IMG/VR virus record: IMGVR_UViG_3300031576_001289
Location: 1 to 34,944 of that record
From: a virus
Lineage: Duplodnaviria > Caudoviricetes
Reading direction: 5' to 3' (one strand)
Length of the DNA: 34,944 nucleotides
Below, piece by piece: positions 1 to 7,690 of the stretch. Within the stretch, counting starts at the first letter, position 1, and every line of letters starts with the position of its first letter. Below the pieces are notes generated by a model. It saw only the letters and a program-made list of their open reading frames with translations. It was not told where the DNA came from and ran no database searches. The position numbers and the translations under genes were made by a program.

Positions 1-150
1 CCACCCGGCCTTGATGCCCGCTCCGGCCTCGATGCCCCACCCGGCCTTGATGCCCGCTCCGGCCTCGATGCCCCACCCGGCCTCGATGCCCCACCCGGCC
101 TCGATGCCCGCTCCGGCCTCGATGCCCTCTCCGGCCTTGATGCCCGATCC
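1..150. repeat. 18-bp tandem repeat, about 8 copies, coding
   Basis: Unit GGCATC(G/A)AGGCCGG(G/A)NNG on the minus strand. Confidence 0.9.
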
Positions 151-315
151 GGTGAGCGCGACCACCCTGCCGCGTACCGCGATCGTCTTGCGGAACCTGA
201 CGTAGCCGAGACCAGCGGCGATCTCGATATGGCCGTCGTACACGCTGTCGAGCGCGGTACCGGTGTAGTAGCCGTCGCCGTCGAGGTCGGCCTTGGTGAT
301 CTTGAGCGTGTCCAT
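1..315 (-). CDS. Hexapeptide-repeat (GI[EK]AG[WAE]) protein, truncated at window edge
   Basis: ATG at 315 with upstream GGAGG; my translation MDTLKITKADLDGDGYY...GSGIKAGEGIEAGAGIEAGW...; absent from the ORF track because it has no stop in the window. Confidence 0.85.
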   Translation of the reverse strand, partial: MDTLKITKADLDGDGYYTGTALDSVYDGHIEIAAGLGYVRFRKTIAVRGRVVALTGSGIKAGEGIEAGAGIEAGWGIEAGWGIEAGAGIKAGWGIEAGAGIKAGW

Positions 316-513
316 CTACACTTGACCTCCAGTGCCCACGCCCGCGCTCGAGCCGTCCAAGTTCGAGCGGGCGTCGGCGGTCGATTCCTCATCAGCCGCA
401 GCCCACGTATGAGCCGCGCACAACACGCGCAGCGCGGGCGCGCCGCACAACCAGCAGCGCCACCGGAACTGCTCCGGCCGGTGGTCATGCCGCGGAAGCT
501 CCATGACGCTCAT
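316..513 (-). CDS. Small Cys/His (Zn-finger-like) protein
   Basis: CWLC...C..H; TAG abuts the next ATG. Confidence 0.6.
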   Translation of the reverse strand: MSVMELPRHDHRPEQFRWRCWLCGAPALRVLCAAHTWAAADEESTADARSNLDGSSAGVGTGGQV

Positions 514-584
514 CGGCGTCTCCGGCTGAGGGCCGCGTACAACCAGCCCGCCGCCAAGACAGTCGCCACGACCGTGCCCGTCAC
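510..584 (-). CDS. 24-aa membrane micropeptide (MTGTVVATVLAAGWLYAALSRRRR)
   Basis: GTGA and ATGA overlaps with both neighbours; upstream GGGAG; hydrophobic stretch plus basic tail. Confidence 0.55.
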   Translation of the reverse strand: MTGTVVATVLAAGWLYAALSRRRR

Positions 585-790
585 GCCGACAGCTCCCGCA
601 CCGTCAGATGCCGAACCCGCGAGCCGGGCGGGCGGCGGGCGTGCAGCGGCGCGACGCGTTCAGTCCCCGGGTAGCGCGACGCGGTTCGCGTCAGGTAATG
701 CGAGAGAGCGGACGCAGGCCCCGGCGCCGTGATCGCCAGCGACACGGTTCGGCCGGTGATCGCGTCAATGACCTCGAACCGCGGCATCAC
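581..790 (-). CDS. Hypothetical protein
   Basis: Coupled to neighbours by 4-nt overlaps. Confidence 0.6.
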   Translation of the reverse strand: MMPRFEVIDAITGRTVSLAITAPGPASALSHYLTRTASRYPGTERVAPLHARRPPGSRVRHLTVRELSA

Positions 791-1149
791 GCCGCTACCT
801 CGAGCACGAGTTGGGAGCTGCCGCCGGGGAGAGGATCAGCCAGGGGCGGCGGCTGCTCAGCGGAGAGGACGCCCTCCCTCATGCGATGGTGACTGACGTC
901 CCCTCCGCTCAACAGCCCCGTAGCGGTGTCGCAACAGCCCGCGCTGCCCTCGATCCGGTACGCATAGGCCCCCGGGCCGGACACGCCCGGCGTGCGCTCA
1001 CAAACGATCTGAACACCGCGCGCACGCAACTCGGCAGCGCGGCTGTTCAATCTGCATGGGCCGATCAGCCAGTGGATTTCCGGCACCGAATGCCAGCCGC
1101 CGTCCGCGAGCACGGCAAGGAGACGATCGCACTGAGACGGGACGGTCAC
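787..1149 (-). CDS. Winged helix-turn-helix protein
   Basis: QCDRLLAVLADGGWHSVPEI...RLNSRAAELRARGVQI, a typical phage HTH pattern. Confidence 0.75.
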   Translation of the reverse strand: MTVPSQCDRLLAVLADGGWHSVPEIHWLIGPCRLNSRAAELRARGVQIVCERTPGVSGPGAYAYRIEGSAGCCDTATGLLSGGDVSHHRMREGVLSAEQPPPLADPLPGGSSQLVLEVAA

Positions 1150-1214
1150 GGCCGCAGCTCCTCGCGGGCCTTGTCCTTGGCGGCCTGCAACGCGTCGATG
1201 AGCACGTCGAGCAT
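1146..1214 (-). CDS. 22-aa peptide MLDVLIDALQAAKDKAREELRP
   Basis: ATG at 1214 just after the cro stop; GTGA overlap with the next gene; GC3-rich codons. Confidence 0.45.
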   Translation of the reverse strand: MLDVLIDALQAAKDKAREELRP

Positions 1215-1224
1215 CTCCGCTGCC

Positions 1225-1515
1225 TCAGGACGCTTCCGGAAAGGGATTCGGCTCCCCGGCCTCCTCGACCAGGAAATACTCGACCGGCTTGCCCGTCGCC
1301 TCGGCGATGCTCGCGAGCAGCACGGCACCGGGCCGGTGCCACGCCTTCTCCAGCTTGATCAGGTGCGACCGGGACGTTCCGACCTGAGCCGCGAGCTTGT
1401 CGTGCGACAGCTCCGCCGACCGCCGCGCCTGCCGGATCCTGCTCCCGATGAGCCTGCCGGGCGCGAGCCGAATCCGCTCCTGCAACCCGTTGAGATCCTG
1501 CAGCGCTTGCGTCAC
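1225..1515 (-). CDS. Cro-like XRE HTH regulator (leaderless GTG start at 1515)
   Basis: IRQARRSAELSHDKLAAQVGTSRSHLIKLEKA; divergent from the repressor. Confidence 0.85.
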   Translation of the reverse strand: MTQALQDLNGLQERIRLAPGRLIGSRIRQARRSAELSHDKLAAQVGTSRSHLIKLEKAWHRPGAVLLASIAEATGKPVEYFLVEEAGEPNPFPEAS

Positions 1516-1548
1516 GTGTCGATCATACGACACGTTGCGAAGCGTGTC
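1514..1548. promoter_or_regulatory. Candidate repressor operators
   Basis: Inverted repeats ACGTGTCG-n6-CGACACGT (1514-1535) and GACACG-n8-CGTGTC (1529-1548); another CGTGTC at 1593-1598. Confidence 0.65.
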
Positions 1549-1550
1549 AA
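1522..1550 (-). promoter_or_regulatory. Consensus housekeeping-sigma promoter for the early lytic operon
   Basis: TTGACA (1550-1545), 17 bp, TATGAT (1527-1522), 6 bp, then GTG. Confidence 0.85.
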
Positions 1551-1598
1551 GTCCCCGACTCGTGGCACAGGCGCGGGCGTTCGTCCACGCTACGTGTC

Positions 1599-1988
1599 GT
1601 GGCGACGACCGGCGACAACATCGAGAAGGGCAGGCGGATCCGCGAAGCCCGCATAGCCAAGGGGCTGAATCAGAAGGAGGTCGCGGAGCAAATCGGCGCG
1701 AACCCCGCGACGATCAGCAACATCGAGAAGGGACGGATGGGGGTGACGCGCGAGCGCGCGGAGGCCCTCGGCCCGGTGCTCGACGTCGACCCCGATGACC
1801 TCGCCGAGGTCGTCTCGCTGAGTCTTCTCAGGCGACTGGAGTCGATCGAGTTCCTGCTCGGTCTACTCGTCCCCCGGGGATTACTCGAAGATGACGCCGC
1901 GCTTGCACAGGCGGAGAGGATGGTGGCGGAGGCTCAGGCACTTCTTCAGCGGCGAGCGCAAGACGAGACTCCCGAATCAGGATCATGA
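1599..1988 (+). CDS. CI-like XRE immunity repressor
   Basis: IREARIAKGLNQKEVAEQIGANPATISNIEKG; no S24 peptidase domain. Confidence 0.85.
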   Translation: MATTGDNIEKGRRIREARIAKGLNQKEVAEQIGANPATISNIEKGRMGVTRERAEALGPVLDVDPDDLAEVVSLSLLRRLESIEFLLGLLVPRGLLEDDAALAQAERMVAEAQALLQRRAQDETPESGS

Positions 1989-2049
1989 CTCCCGCCAGGA
2001 TCGCATCGAGCGCCGCCCGATCATGCGGGTCGCTGATGTTGAGCAGCAC
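1828..2049 (-). CDS. Possible 73-aa protein antisense to the repressor 3' end
   Basis: GGGGGAGG upstream of GTG 2049; helical N-terminus; HLRVIPGG motif. Confidence 0.35.
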   Translation of the reverse strand: MLLNISDPHDRAALDAILAGVMILIRESRLALAAEEVPEPPPPSSPPVQARRHLRVIPGGRVDRAGTRSTPVA

Positions 2050-2113
2050 GGCCGCAGACCTCCCCCCGTCCGATGGCACTGCGATCGTCCCACACGGGCA
2101 CAGAGGAGTCGAG

Positions 2114-2521
2114 ATGCCCAGACCGATCATGCCCCGAATAGCCCTGGCCGTTCTCGCCTCGACCATCGTCGCCGCGCTCGCCGGCTGTGGCGACAACGGG
2201 CAACGTGTCGAGGAAACGCTTACGACCCCGACCGAGGAAACCTCCCCCGTCACGACATCCGCGCCGCCCCAGACCAGCACGTTCGTGAGGGACGTGCGGG
2301 AGAACTATGGAACGCCGGGGTACGAGGTGTCGTGGTGGCAGCATGTGCAGGAAGTCAAGGTGGCGCTCGGCTCCGGTCAAATCTGGACGGAGATCTACCC
2401 CGATGAGGAAGGCCGAGCGCTGGGACGGACCATCTGCCTGGGCGCCTTCAACCTCGGAAGCGGCGTCGACCATGTGCAGGTACTCGGCTCGGATGGCGGG
2501 CCGCTCGCGACCTGCCCGTGA
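2114..2521 (+). CDS. Lipoprotein, superinfection-exclusion candidate
   Basis: AGAGGAG SD before ATG 2114; signal peptide with LAGC lipobox; T/P-rich linker. Confidence 0.8.
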   Translation: MPRPIMPRIALAVLASTIVAALAGCGDNGQRVEETLTTPTEETSPVTTSAPPQTSTFVRDVRENYGTPGYEVSWWQHVQEVKVALGSGQIWTEIYPDEEGRALGRTICLGAFNLGSGVDHVQVLGSDGGPLATCP

Positions 2522-2793
2522 GCTTCGGTGCGGGCGACGCGATCCGCCGCGCGTTGGAGCGACTGGTTGGCCCGCTTCCCGTTGACCCCGCGCGGCCGCT
2601 CACCTGGGATGACGTCGACACGGGCTGGGAGATCATCACCGACGGCTGCTGCCCCGCCTGCGACATGCTGCACGGGCGCGTGTTCGCCACCCAGGCCGCG
2701 CTTGAGCGGGTGATGCCGTTGGGCGGGCCCAACCCGGCGTGCGAACTGGGGGGCGGCTGCGTCTGCAGGACGATGCCGATCCGAGCGGGCTAG
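2518..2793 (+). CDS. Stand-alone MuF-like Cys-rich domain protein
   Basis: GTGA overlap with the lipoprotein; 21/43 ungapped identities to the MuF domain encoded at 23577-23705. Confidence 0.8.
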   Translation: MSFGAGDAIRRALERLVGPLPVDPARPLTWDDVDTGWEIITDGCCPACDMLHGRVFATQAALERVMPLGGPNPACELGGGCVCRTMPIRAG

Positions 2794-3035
2794 CCGGGCG
2801 GTTCGATGAAGCTGGCGGAGTCGCGGTTGCCGCCAGCGGGCTTCGCGGCGACAGCGGTGAGGAAGCTGAGCAGCCCGGCCGCAGCGCCGGCCTTCCAGCA
2901 CGTCGACCAGTTGATCGCGTCCCAGCCGCCCTCGCCGATGATCCCCGTCAGGTACAGCAGGATCGCTCCGGCGGCTGCCTGGACGGTTGTGCGAACGGTC
3001 CGCTCGACAGTGTCAAGCCAGAATCCCCAGGTCAT
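2790..3035 (-). CDS. Holin, r1t-like
   Basis: FWLDTVERTVRTTVQ plus two TM segments; AAAGGAG SD before ATG 3035. Confidence 0.85.
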   Translation of the reverse strand: MTWGFWLDTVERTVRTTVQAAAGAILLYLTGIIGEGGWDAINWSTCWKAGAAAGLLSFLTAVAAKPAGGNRDSASFIEPPG

Positions 3036-3280
3036 TGTGTGTCTCCTTTCGCGCATCTGTTTTCGCCGAGGCCGGCCAGGATCAGGTTGAAGCGGGCGCG
3101 GAAGATGGCGGCCGACGGATCATCGGTTTCCTCGCGGATCCGCACCGACTCGCACACGAACAGGATCAGCGCGTCCCGCTCCCGCTCCGCCTCGCCGGTG
3201 GCCCCGACGATCGAGACTGCGGCGACCGCGAGCGCGGCAGCCATCACAAGCGCGGCGGCGATCACGGCGGCGTACCTCAC
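3032..3280 (-). CDS. Membrane protein of the lysis cassette
   Basis: N-terminal TM, two Cys; GTGA/ATGA overlaps. Confidence 0.7.
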   Translation of the reverse strand: MRYAAVIAAALVMAAALAVAAVSIVGATGEAERERDALILFVCESVRIREETDDPSAAIFRARFNLILAGLGENRCAKGDTQ

Positions 3281-3504
3281 ACCGGCACCGCCGTCAGCTG
3301 AAACATCGCGACCGCCAACCCAACCGAGGCGCCGACGACGACGACGACGAGCGCCCAGAACGCGAACTTCATCTGCCGCATCTCGGCCCTCATCGAGCTC
3401 ACGCGTTCGGCCAACACTTCGGGTTTCAAGTCCTCGATCTCCCTCTGCCACTGCTCCAGGCGAAGGACGCGGTAGGCGATCGTGCCGTTCGGCGGCTCAT
3501 TCAC
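3277..3504 (-). CDS. Coiled-coil plus C-terminal TM protein (lysis accessory)
   Basis: AGAGGAG SD before GTG 3504; FAFWALVVVVVGASVGLAVAMF. Confidence 0.75.
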   Translation of the reverse strand: MNEPPNGTIAYRVLRLEQWQREIEDLKPEVLAERVSSMRAEMRQMKFAFWALVVVVVGASVGLAVAMFQLTAVPV

Positions 3505-3526
3505 TAGGTCTCCTCTCTGACGGCGG

Positions 3527-4216
3527 TCACCACGCTTCGACCCGGTCGACGGGGTACACGCTCCACGCGGCAGGCAGCGGCCCGTAGTCCGCGATCGACA
3601 TCCGCGAGCGGCCCTGGACGGGGTAGACGCCGACGGTGACATTCACCCTCGCGGCCCGCACCCGCGCTTCCGTGTACGCGCCCAACGCGGTCTTCGACGG
3701 GTACTCGTTGGCGAACGCCTGAGGCATCACCACGAACGCGTTGAGCCGCTCCCACGAGACGTTGTGGTAGAGCGGCGACTCGGTTGAGAGGCCGAACTCG
3801 ACGCCCTCCGAGCGGAGATCATCGGTTTCCGCAAGCAGCCCGGCGGCGGTGACCGCGCCTGCGTCGAGTTCCTTCTCGCAGTTGACGACGCAGACGGTGC
3901 GACCGTACTCGGCTGTCAGACGGCACAGTTTGCGTATGTCGTCTGGCGTGTAGCAGCGTGCCCACCAGCCCCACGGGATCCCCTGCCGTTCCAATTCGGT
4001 GCGCCACACGGGCCAGTCGCGGACGTCGGTGGCGCCGTCGAACGCGTTGAGGACGCAGGCGGTGAAGCGCCGCGCCTTCATGCCTGCGGCGTGCTCGACG
4101 GGGCCGAGCGGCCCCCCGTCGGCCTGCACCGCCATCCCCACGGGGCCGGCGAACACGCCGAGGCTCGCGGGCTGGCGTGGCGTCGGCCAGTCGGCCACGT
4201 CGACGTGCGGGCTCAC
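3527..4216 (-). CDS. Putative TIM-barrel glycoside hydrolase (second lysin)
   Basis: GIPWGWW, VVNCEKE, FGLST, VMPQAF beta/alpha pattern; position in lysis cassette; GTGA overlap. Confidence 0.55.
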   Translation of the reverse strand: MSPHVDVADWPTPRQPASLGVFAGPVGMAVQADGGPLGPVEHAAGMKARRFTACVLNAFDGATDVRDWPVWRTELERQGIPWGWWARCYTPDDIRKLCRLTAEYGRTVCVVNCEKELDAGAVTAAGLLAETDDLRSEGVEFGLSTESPLYHNVSWERLNAFVVMPQAFANEYPSKTALGAYTEARVRAARVNVTVGVYPVQGRSRMSIADYGPLPAAWSVYPVDRVEAW

Positions 4217-4413
4217 GCCTTCACCTCGCGGACGGTGAGGCCCGGGTACATGCGGCGCGCCCCCCGCTTCGCGTTCCATTTCGTCCGGTAGCCCTCGCTG
4301 ACGGCGAGCACCTGCCCGTTCGACGCGACGAGACGGACATACCAGGGTTGGCGTCCGCCGCCCTTGAAGATCTGGACGACGTTCACGTCAGTCTGTGAGG
4401 TCGTCGCGGACAC
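4213..4413 (-). CDS. DUF1508/YegP-family protein (start uncertain)
   Basis: WYVRLVASNGQVLAVSEGYRTKWNAKR. Confidence 0.85.
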   Translation of the reverse strand: MSATTSQTDVNVVQIFKGGGRQPWYVRLVASNGQVLAVSEGYRTKWNAKRGARRMYPGLTVREVKA

Positions 4414-4906
4414 GGATGAACGTACAGCGGCGGGCCGAGCGGGCGCGGCGCATCACCTTGCCGCCGTTCGCGTCGTCGCCGTAGGCGGTATTTCCTTCGA
4501 TCGTCAGGATCGTCCCGAATCGAGTCCACGGAACGGTCAGCCGCCGCTCGACGATGCCGATGTGGTCGGGCCAGTCGTCCGAGTCGAAGCGGTAGCAGAC
4601 GAGATCGCCCTTCCACGGCCGCGGGACGATCGCCCCGACCTTCTCCGCCCACGCCTCGAGGAACCCGACGGACGCCCGTCTGGGCTCGGGGATGTAGGCG
4701 CCGACGTCCTCGAACATGGCGCACACGAACGCTGAGCACCACGGGTAGCCGACGAGGCCGTTGGCGCGTCGGCACCAGTCGTCGATGCCGCCCTTCCTGA
4801 CCGGGTCGTAGGGGCCGCGGTTCGAGTTCGGCGGCTGCTCCTTCACACCGAGGAACAGCTTGGCGCGCTCGAGTGCTCGGATCCGTGCTGGCTTGACTGA
4901 AGGCAT
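4388..4906 (-). CDS. CHAP-domain endolysin, catalytic domain only
   Basis: PWCSAFV, GDLVCY, DHIGIVE, TIEGNT. Confidence 0.9.
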   Translation of the reverse strand: MPSVKPARIRALERAKLFLGVKEQPPNSNRGPYDPVRKGGIDDWCRRANGLVGYPWCSAFVCAMFEDVGAYIPEPRRASVGFLEAWAEKVGAIVPRPWKGDLVCYRFDSDDWPDHIGIVERRLTVPWTRFGTILTIEGNTAYGDDANGGKVMRRARSARRCTFIRVRDDLTD

Positions 4907-4919
4907 GGCCTACTATCGG
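4907..4919 (-). promoter_or_regulatory. Late motif copy 1
   Basis: CCGATAGTAGGCC immediately before ATG 4906; also supplies the stop of the upstream gene. Confidence 0.8.
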
Positions 4920-5416
4920 CCGGCCGCGTCCTCGCCCTCGTCGCGGCCGAGTTGCAGTGTGCGTTCCGCGATCGCCGCCTCGTCGGCGAGCAGCGCGAGC
5001 TTCTCCGCCTCCGCCTCGTCGGCGCCATCGCCGGTGGCGTCGTCGACCTGCACGTAGATGTTGTGCACGCCGTGCCCTGAGATCACGTACACGGTCGGCG
5101 TCGCGCGCGCGACCGCGAGAGCGCGCTCGTGGAACTCGAGTCGGGCGCCCAGCTGGCCGCTGAAGCCGCGCTCGGCCTGTGCTGACGCGCGCGTCACGAT
5201 GTGGCCGAGCTCGGCGCCGGTGACGCCCTGCGTCATCGCCTGCTTCAGCACCTCCGCCGCGACCTTCTCGACGAGGCCGGCGACCTGCTCCGGCTGCGCG
5301 TTCGCGCGCGCCTGCTCCAACGCTTCCTCCTCCGCTGCGACGGAGCCGTGCGCGACACCGACCGTGTACCCGAGTTCGGCGAGCGCGGCCAGCCGCGCCG
5401 GCAGGTCAGGCGTCAT
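4913..5416 (-). CDS. Hypothetical protein at the end of the tail module
   Basis: GC3-biased ORF overlapping the upstream gene. Confidence 0.75.
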   Translation of the reverse strand: MTPDLPARLAALAELGYTVGVAHGSVAAEEEALEQARANAQPEQVAGLVEKVAAEVLKQAMTQGVTGAELGHIVTRASAQAERGFSGQLGARLEFHERALAVARATPTVYVISGHGVHNIYVQVDDATGDGADEAEAEKLALLADEAAIAERTLQLGRDEGEDAAGR

Positions 5417-6029
5417 GTCGGATCCTGACCGGGGTGACAGCCATGAACCGGTCCGCGAACGCCTGCGTGCCCGAGGTCACCCTGTACTTCGACGTCAGCG
5501 ACACAGCCCCCAGGCCGGTCTTGCGTCGGCGGCGGATCAGGCTCGACTCTTCTGTTTGGGAGAAGCAGGCGTCGGCGTCGACGGCTGCGGTGGCGCCGAT
5601 GTCGTAGCTGTGCCGCATATCGCCCGTGTTCGTCGTCGCCCGGTAGCCATGCTGCACGTCGTAGTCGCCCGACTTCGGCAGCGCCACCGTCGGCCCGGCC
5701 GTCGTCAGCCCCACGTATGTGGTCGACGCGGTCGACTCGGCCGCGGTCACCTCCGACCACAGCGGCGGCCCGCCCAGGAACCGCCACTTATACGTCGCCT
5801 CCGACGCTTCGAAGACGAGATGCCAGAGCAGCCCGTTGGCCGAATCGACCTCGACGTACGCCTCGTCGCCGTCCTCGAGCCCGGTCAAAGCGGCGAACTG
5901 CGCCACCGTCAGCGTGCGGTGGCCGCGGTCGAGCAGCTTGTTGATGTTGTCGCGGAGGTAAAGATCCCACATGCTCTCGGTGAAGATGTCTCCGGGAGCC
6001 TTGTCGGGAATAGGCACGTTGACTGTCAC
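5406..6029 (-). CDS. Minor tail / fibre protein
   Basis: N-terminal PGDIFTESMWDLYLRDN resembling actinophage tail proteins; beta-rich C-terminus. Confidence 0.7.
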   Translation of the reverse strand: MTVNVPIPDKAPGDIFTESMWDLYLRDNINKLLDRGHRTLTVAQFAALTGLEDGDEAYVEVDSANGLLWHLVFEASEATYKWRFLGGPPLWSEVTAAESTASTTYVGLTTAGPTVALPKSGDYDVQHGYRATTNTGDMRHSYDIGATAAVDADACFSQTEESSLIRRRRKTGLGAVSLTSKYRVTSGTQAFADRFMAVTPVRIRHDA

Positions 6030-6042
6030 GGCCTACTATCGG
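6030..6042 (-). promoter_or_regulatory. Late motif copy 2
   Basis: CCGATAGTAGGCC immediately before GTG 6029. Confidence 0.8.
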
Positions 6043-6058
6043 CCGCGCCCGGCTGCGT

Positions 6059-7342
6059 CTAGTAGACGAGCTGGGGGCCGACGGTGGCGCCGTTAGCGGC
6101 GATCTGGGAGGTGCCGATCACCATCGGCGTGTACGCCGGCTTCTTCGACAGCACCCAGCCGGTGGAGTGTCGTCGGCCGCGTTGCGCGATCTCGTGGCGG
6201 ACGCGCTCGATGTGGTAGACGCCGGCGGTGCCGCCCTCGGCTTCGCTGACGGAGACGACGTCGGAGAGGTCGCGGCCGAGCGCCTGCCGCAGCGTCGAGG
6301 GGAGCCGGTTGTCGATCTGGAAGTCGCGCAGCGGCCGGCGTGGTTTCGCGGTCTGGGAGAGGACGTAGTTGGCGAGCGCGTCGGTCTGCGAGTCGGAGAT
6401 CAGGTAGGGGGTTTCGAGGTTGAGGCCTTCGTGGTAGCCGAACTTGTTGATCGAGTCGCCGTCGGTGGCGGTCGCCTGGTAGCCGGTCTGAGTGCGCTTC
6501 ACGCGGACGACGTTCTCGATCAGCCGGTGGTCGATCGTGGGGCTGACGCGGGTCATGTCGTCGGTGATTGTGGCGGCGACGGGGCGCAACGCACGGCTTT
6601 GGCGGCTTTCGAAGGTGGCGACGCCGGCGGCGGAGATGTAGAAGACGCCGCGTTCGGCGTCGAGGAGGTCGCGGGCGATCTGCAGCCCGGTTTTGGTGCC
6701 GTCGGCTGAGAAGCCGGGGAGGTTGTCGCCGGCGTCGAGGCTGCGGGCTTGCGGGTCAATCCAGCCGACCGCGTCGAGCAGCTTCCCTAGTGCGGCGCCG
6801 GTGCTGGTCGCGCCGGTCGCGGCGATGGTCGGCTTGACAGAGTCGAGCCAGTAGAAGAGGTCGACGGCGCGGATCTCGGCGACGGCTTTGCCGCGGCCCA
6901 ATGGCGTCCACGTGATGCTGTCGACGTGCCCGTAGAAGATCGGGTAGGTGACGCCCTGGTAGACGCCGCGCAGCCTGAGCGGCTGCTTGCGATATTCGAG
7001 CAGCCCGTAGAGGGGGCTTGAGGCGTTGTCTGGGTTGAGGAGGCCGTCGCGGTCTCGGACTGTGACGGTGCAGACGCCGGCCTGGGTGGTGTCGAGGTTG
7101 GTGGCGCGGCCGCGTTCGGCGACGCCATGCTGGAACCGTGCGGAGAGGTTGTCGTGGGGGCCGGTGAAGGCGGTGTCGAAGGGGCTGATGCCGAACCGGT
7201 CGGTGCCGCCGATGGTGGAGAAGCCGATCGTGAAGATGCCGGCCACGTACGCCTGCCACGCCACCTCGAGCGTGTAGGCGGCGAGCGCGACACGGTTGGA
7301 CGCGGCGGCGGTGCTGCGGCGGAGGAAGACGACGAGAGGCAT
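6059..7342 (-). CDS. Baseplate hub-like minor tail protein
   Basis: RGR...AGVCTVTVRDRDGLLNPDN, IFYGHV, ERGVFYISAAG..FESR, YHIERVRHEI. Confidence 0.75.
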   Translation of the reverse strand: MPLVVFLRRSTAAASNRVALAAYTLEVAWQAYVAGIFTIGFSTIGGTDRFGISPFDTAFTGPHDNLSARFQHGVAERGRATNLDTTQAGVCTVTVRDRDGLLNPDNASSPLYGLLEYRKQPLRLRGVYQGVTYPIFYGHVDSITWTPLGRGKAVAEIRAVDLFYWLDSVKPTIAATGATSTGAALGKLLDAVGWIDPQARSLDAGDNLPGFSADGTKTGLQIARDLLDAERGVFYISAAGVATFESRQSRALRPVAATITDDMTRVSPTIDHRLIENVVRVKRTQTGYQATATDGDSINKFGYHEGLNLETPYLISDSQTDALANYVLSQTAKPRRPLRDFQIDNRLPSTLRQALGRDLSDVVSVSEAEGGTAGVYHIERVRHEIAQRGRRHSTGWVLSKKPAYTPMVIGTSQIAANGATVGPQLVY

Positions 7343-7690
7343 CTACGTGTTGAGCTGGAAGCTGTCGCCGCGCCAGACCCCGGGCGCGGCCGACGTCAGC
7401 GGGCCGGGCACCGACACGACCAGGTCGAAGCCGTCGAAGGCCGGGCCCAGCTCGATCAGCGCAGGCTCGGTCTTCAGCGCCAGCCAGGCCGCCACATGGT
7501 GCGTCATGCGCCTACCGGGACGGGTCGCCAGCGTCGGACGCGGCCCCGTGCCGGCACGGTACGTCTGGAGCTTTGACCACTCGCCCGGGTTCTGCACCCG
7601 CCACGTCTCATCCTGGGAACGCTTCCCCGTCGGCCCCGTCGGCTGCATGAACTCAGCCCATTCGTTGTCGAGCTCGGTCAATGCGGTCAT
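7343..7690 (-). CDS. Hypothetical protein
   Basis: ATGA overlap at 7687-7690; TAG abuts the next ATG. Confidence 0.65.
   Translation of the reverse strand: MTALTELDNEWAEFMQPTGPTGKRSQDETWRVQNPGEWSKLQTYRAGTGPRPTLATRPGRRMTHHVAAWLALKTEPALIELGPAFDGFDLVVSVPGPLTSAAPGVWRGDSFQLNT

Noticed and set aside
1-150. Tandem repeat as a CRISPR array
   Set aside because: No unique spacers, in-frame coding repeat, no cas genes
11-205. Plus-strand ORF MMPAPASMPHP...
   Set aside because: Antisense shadow of the minus-strand hexapeptide-repeat gene
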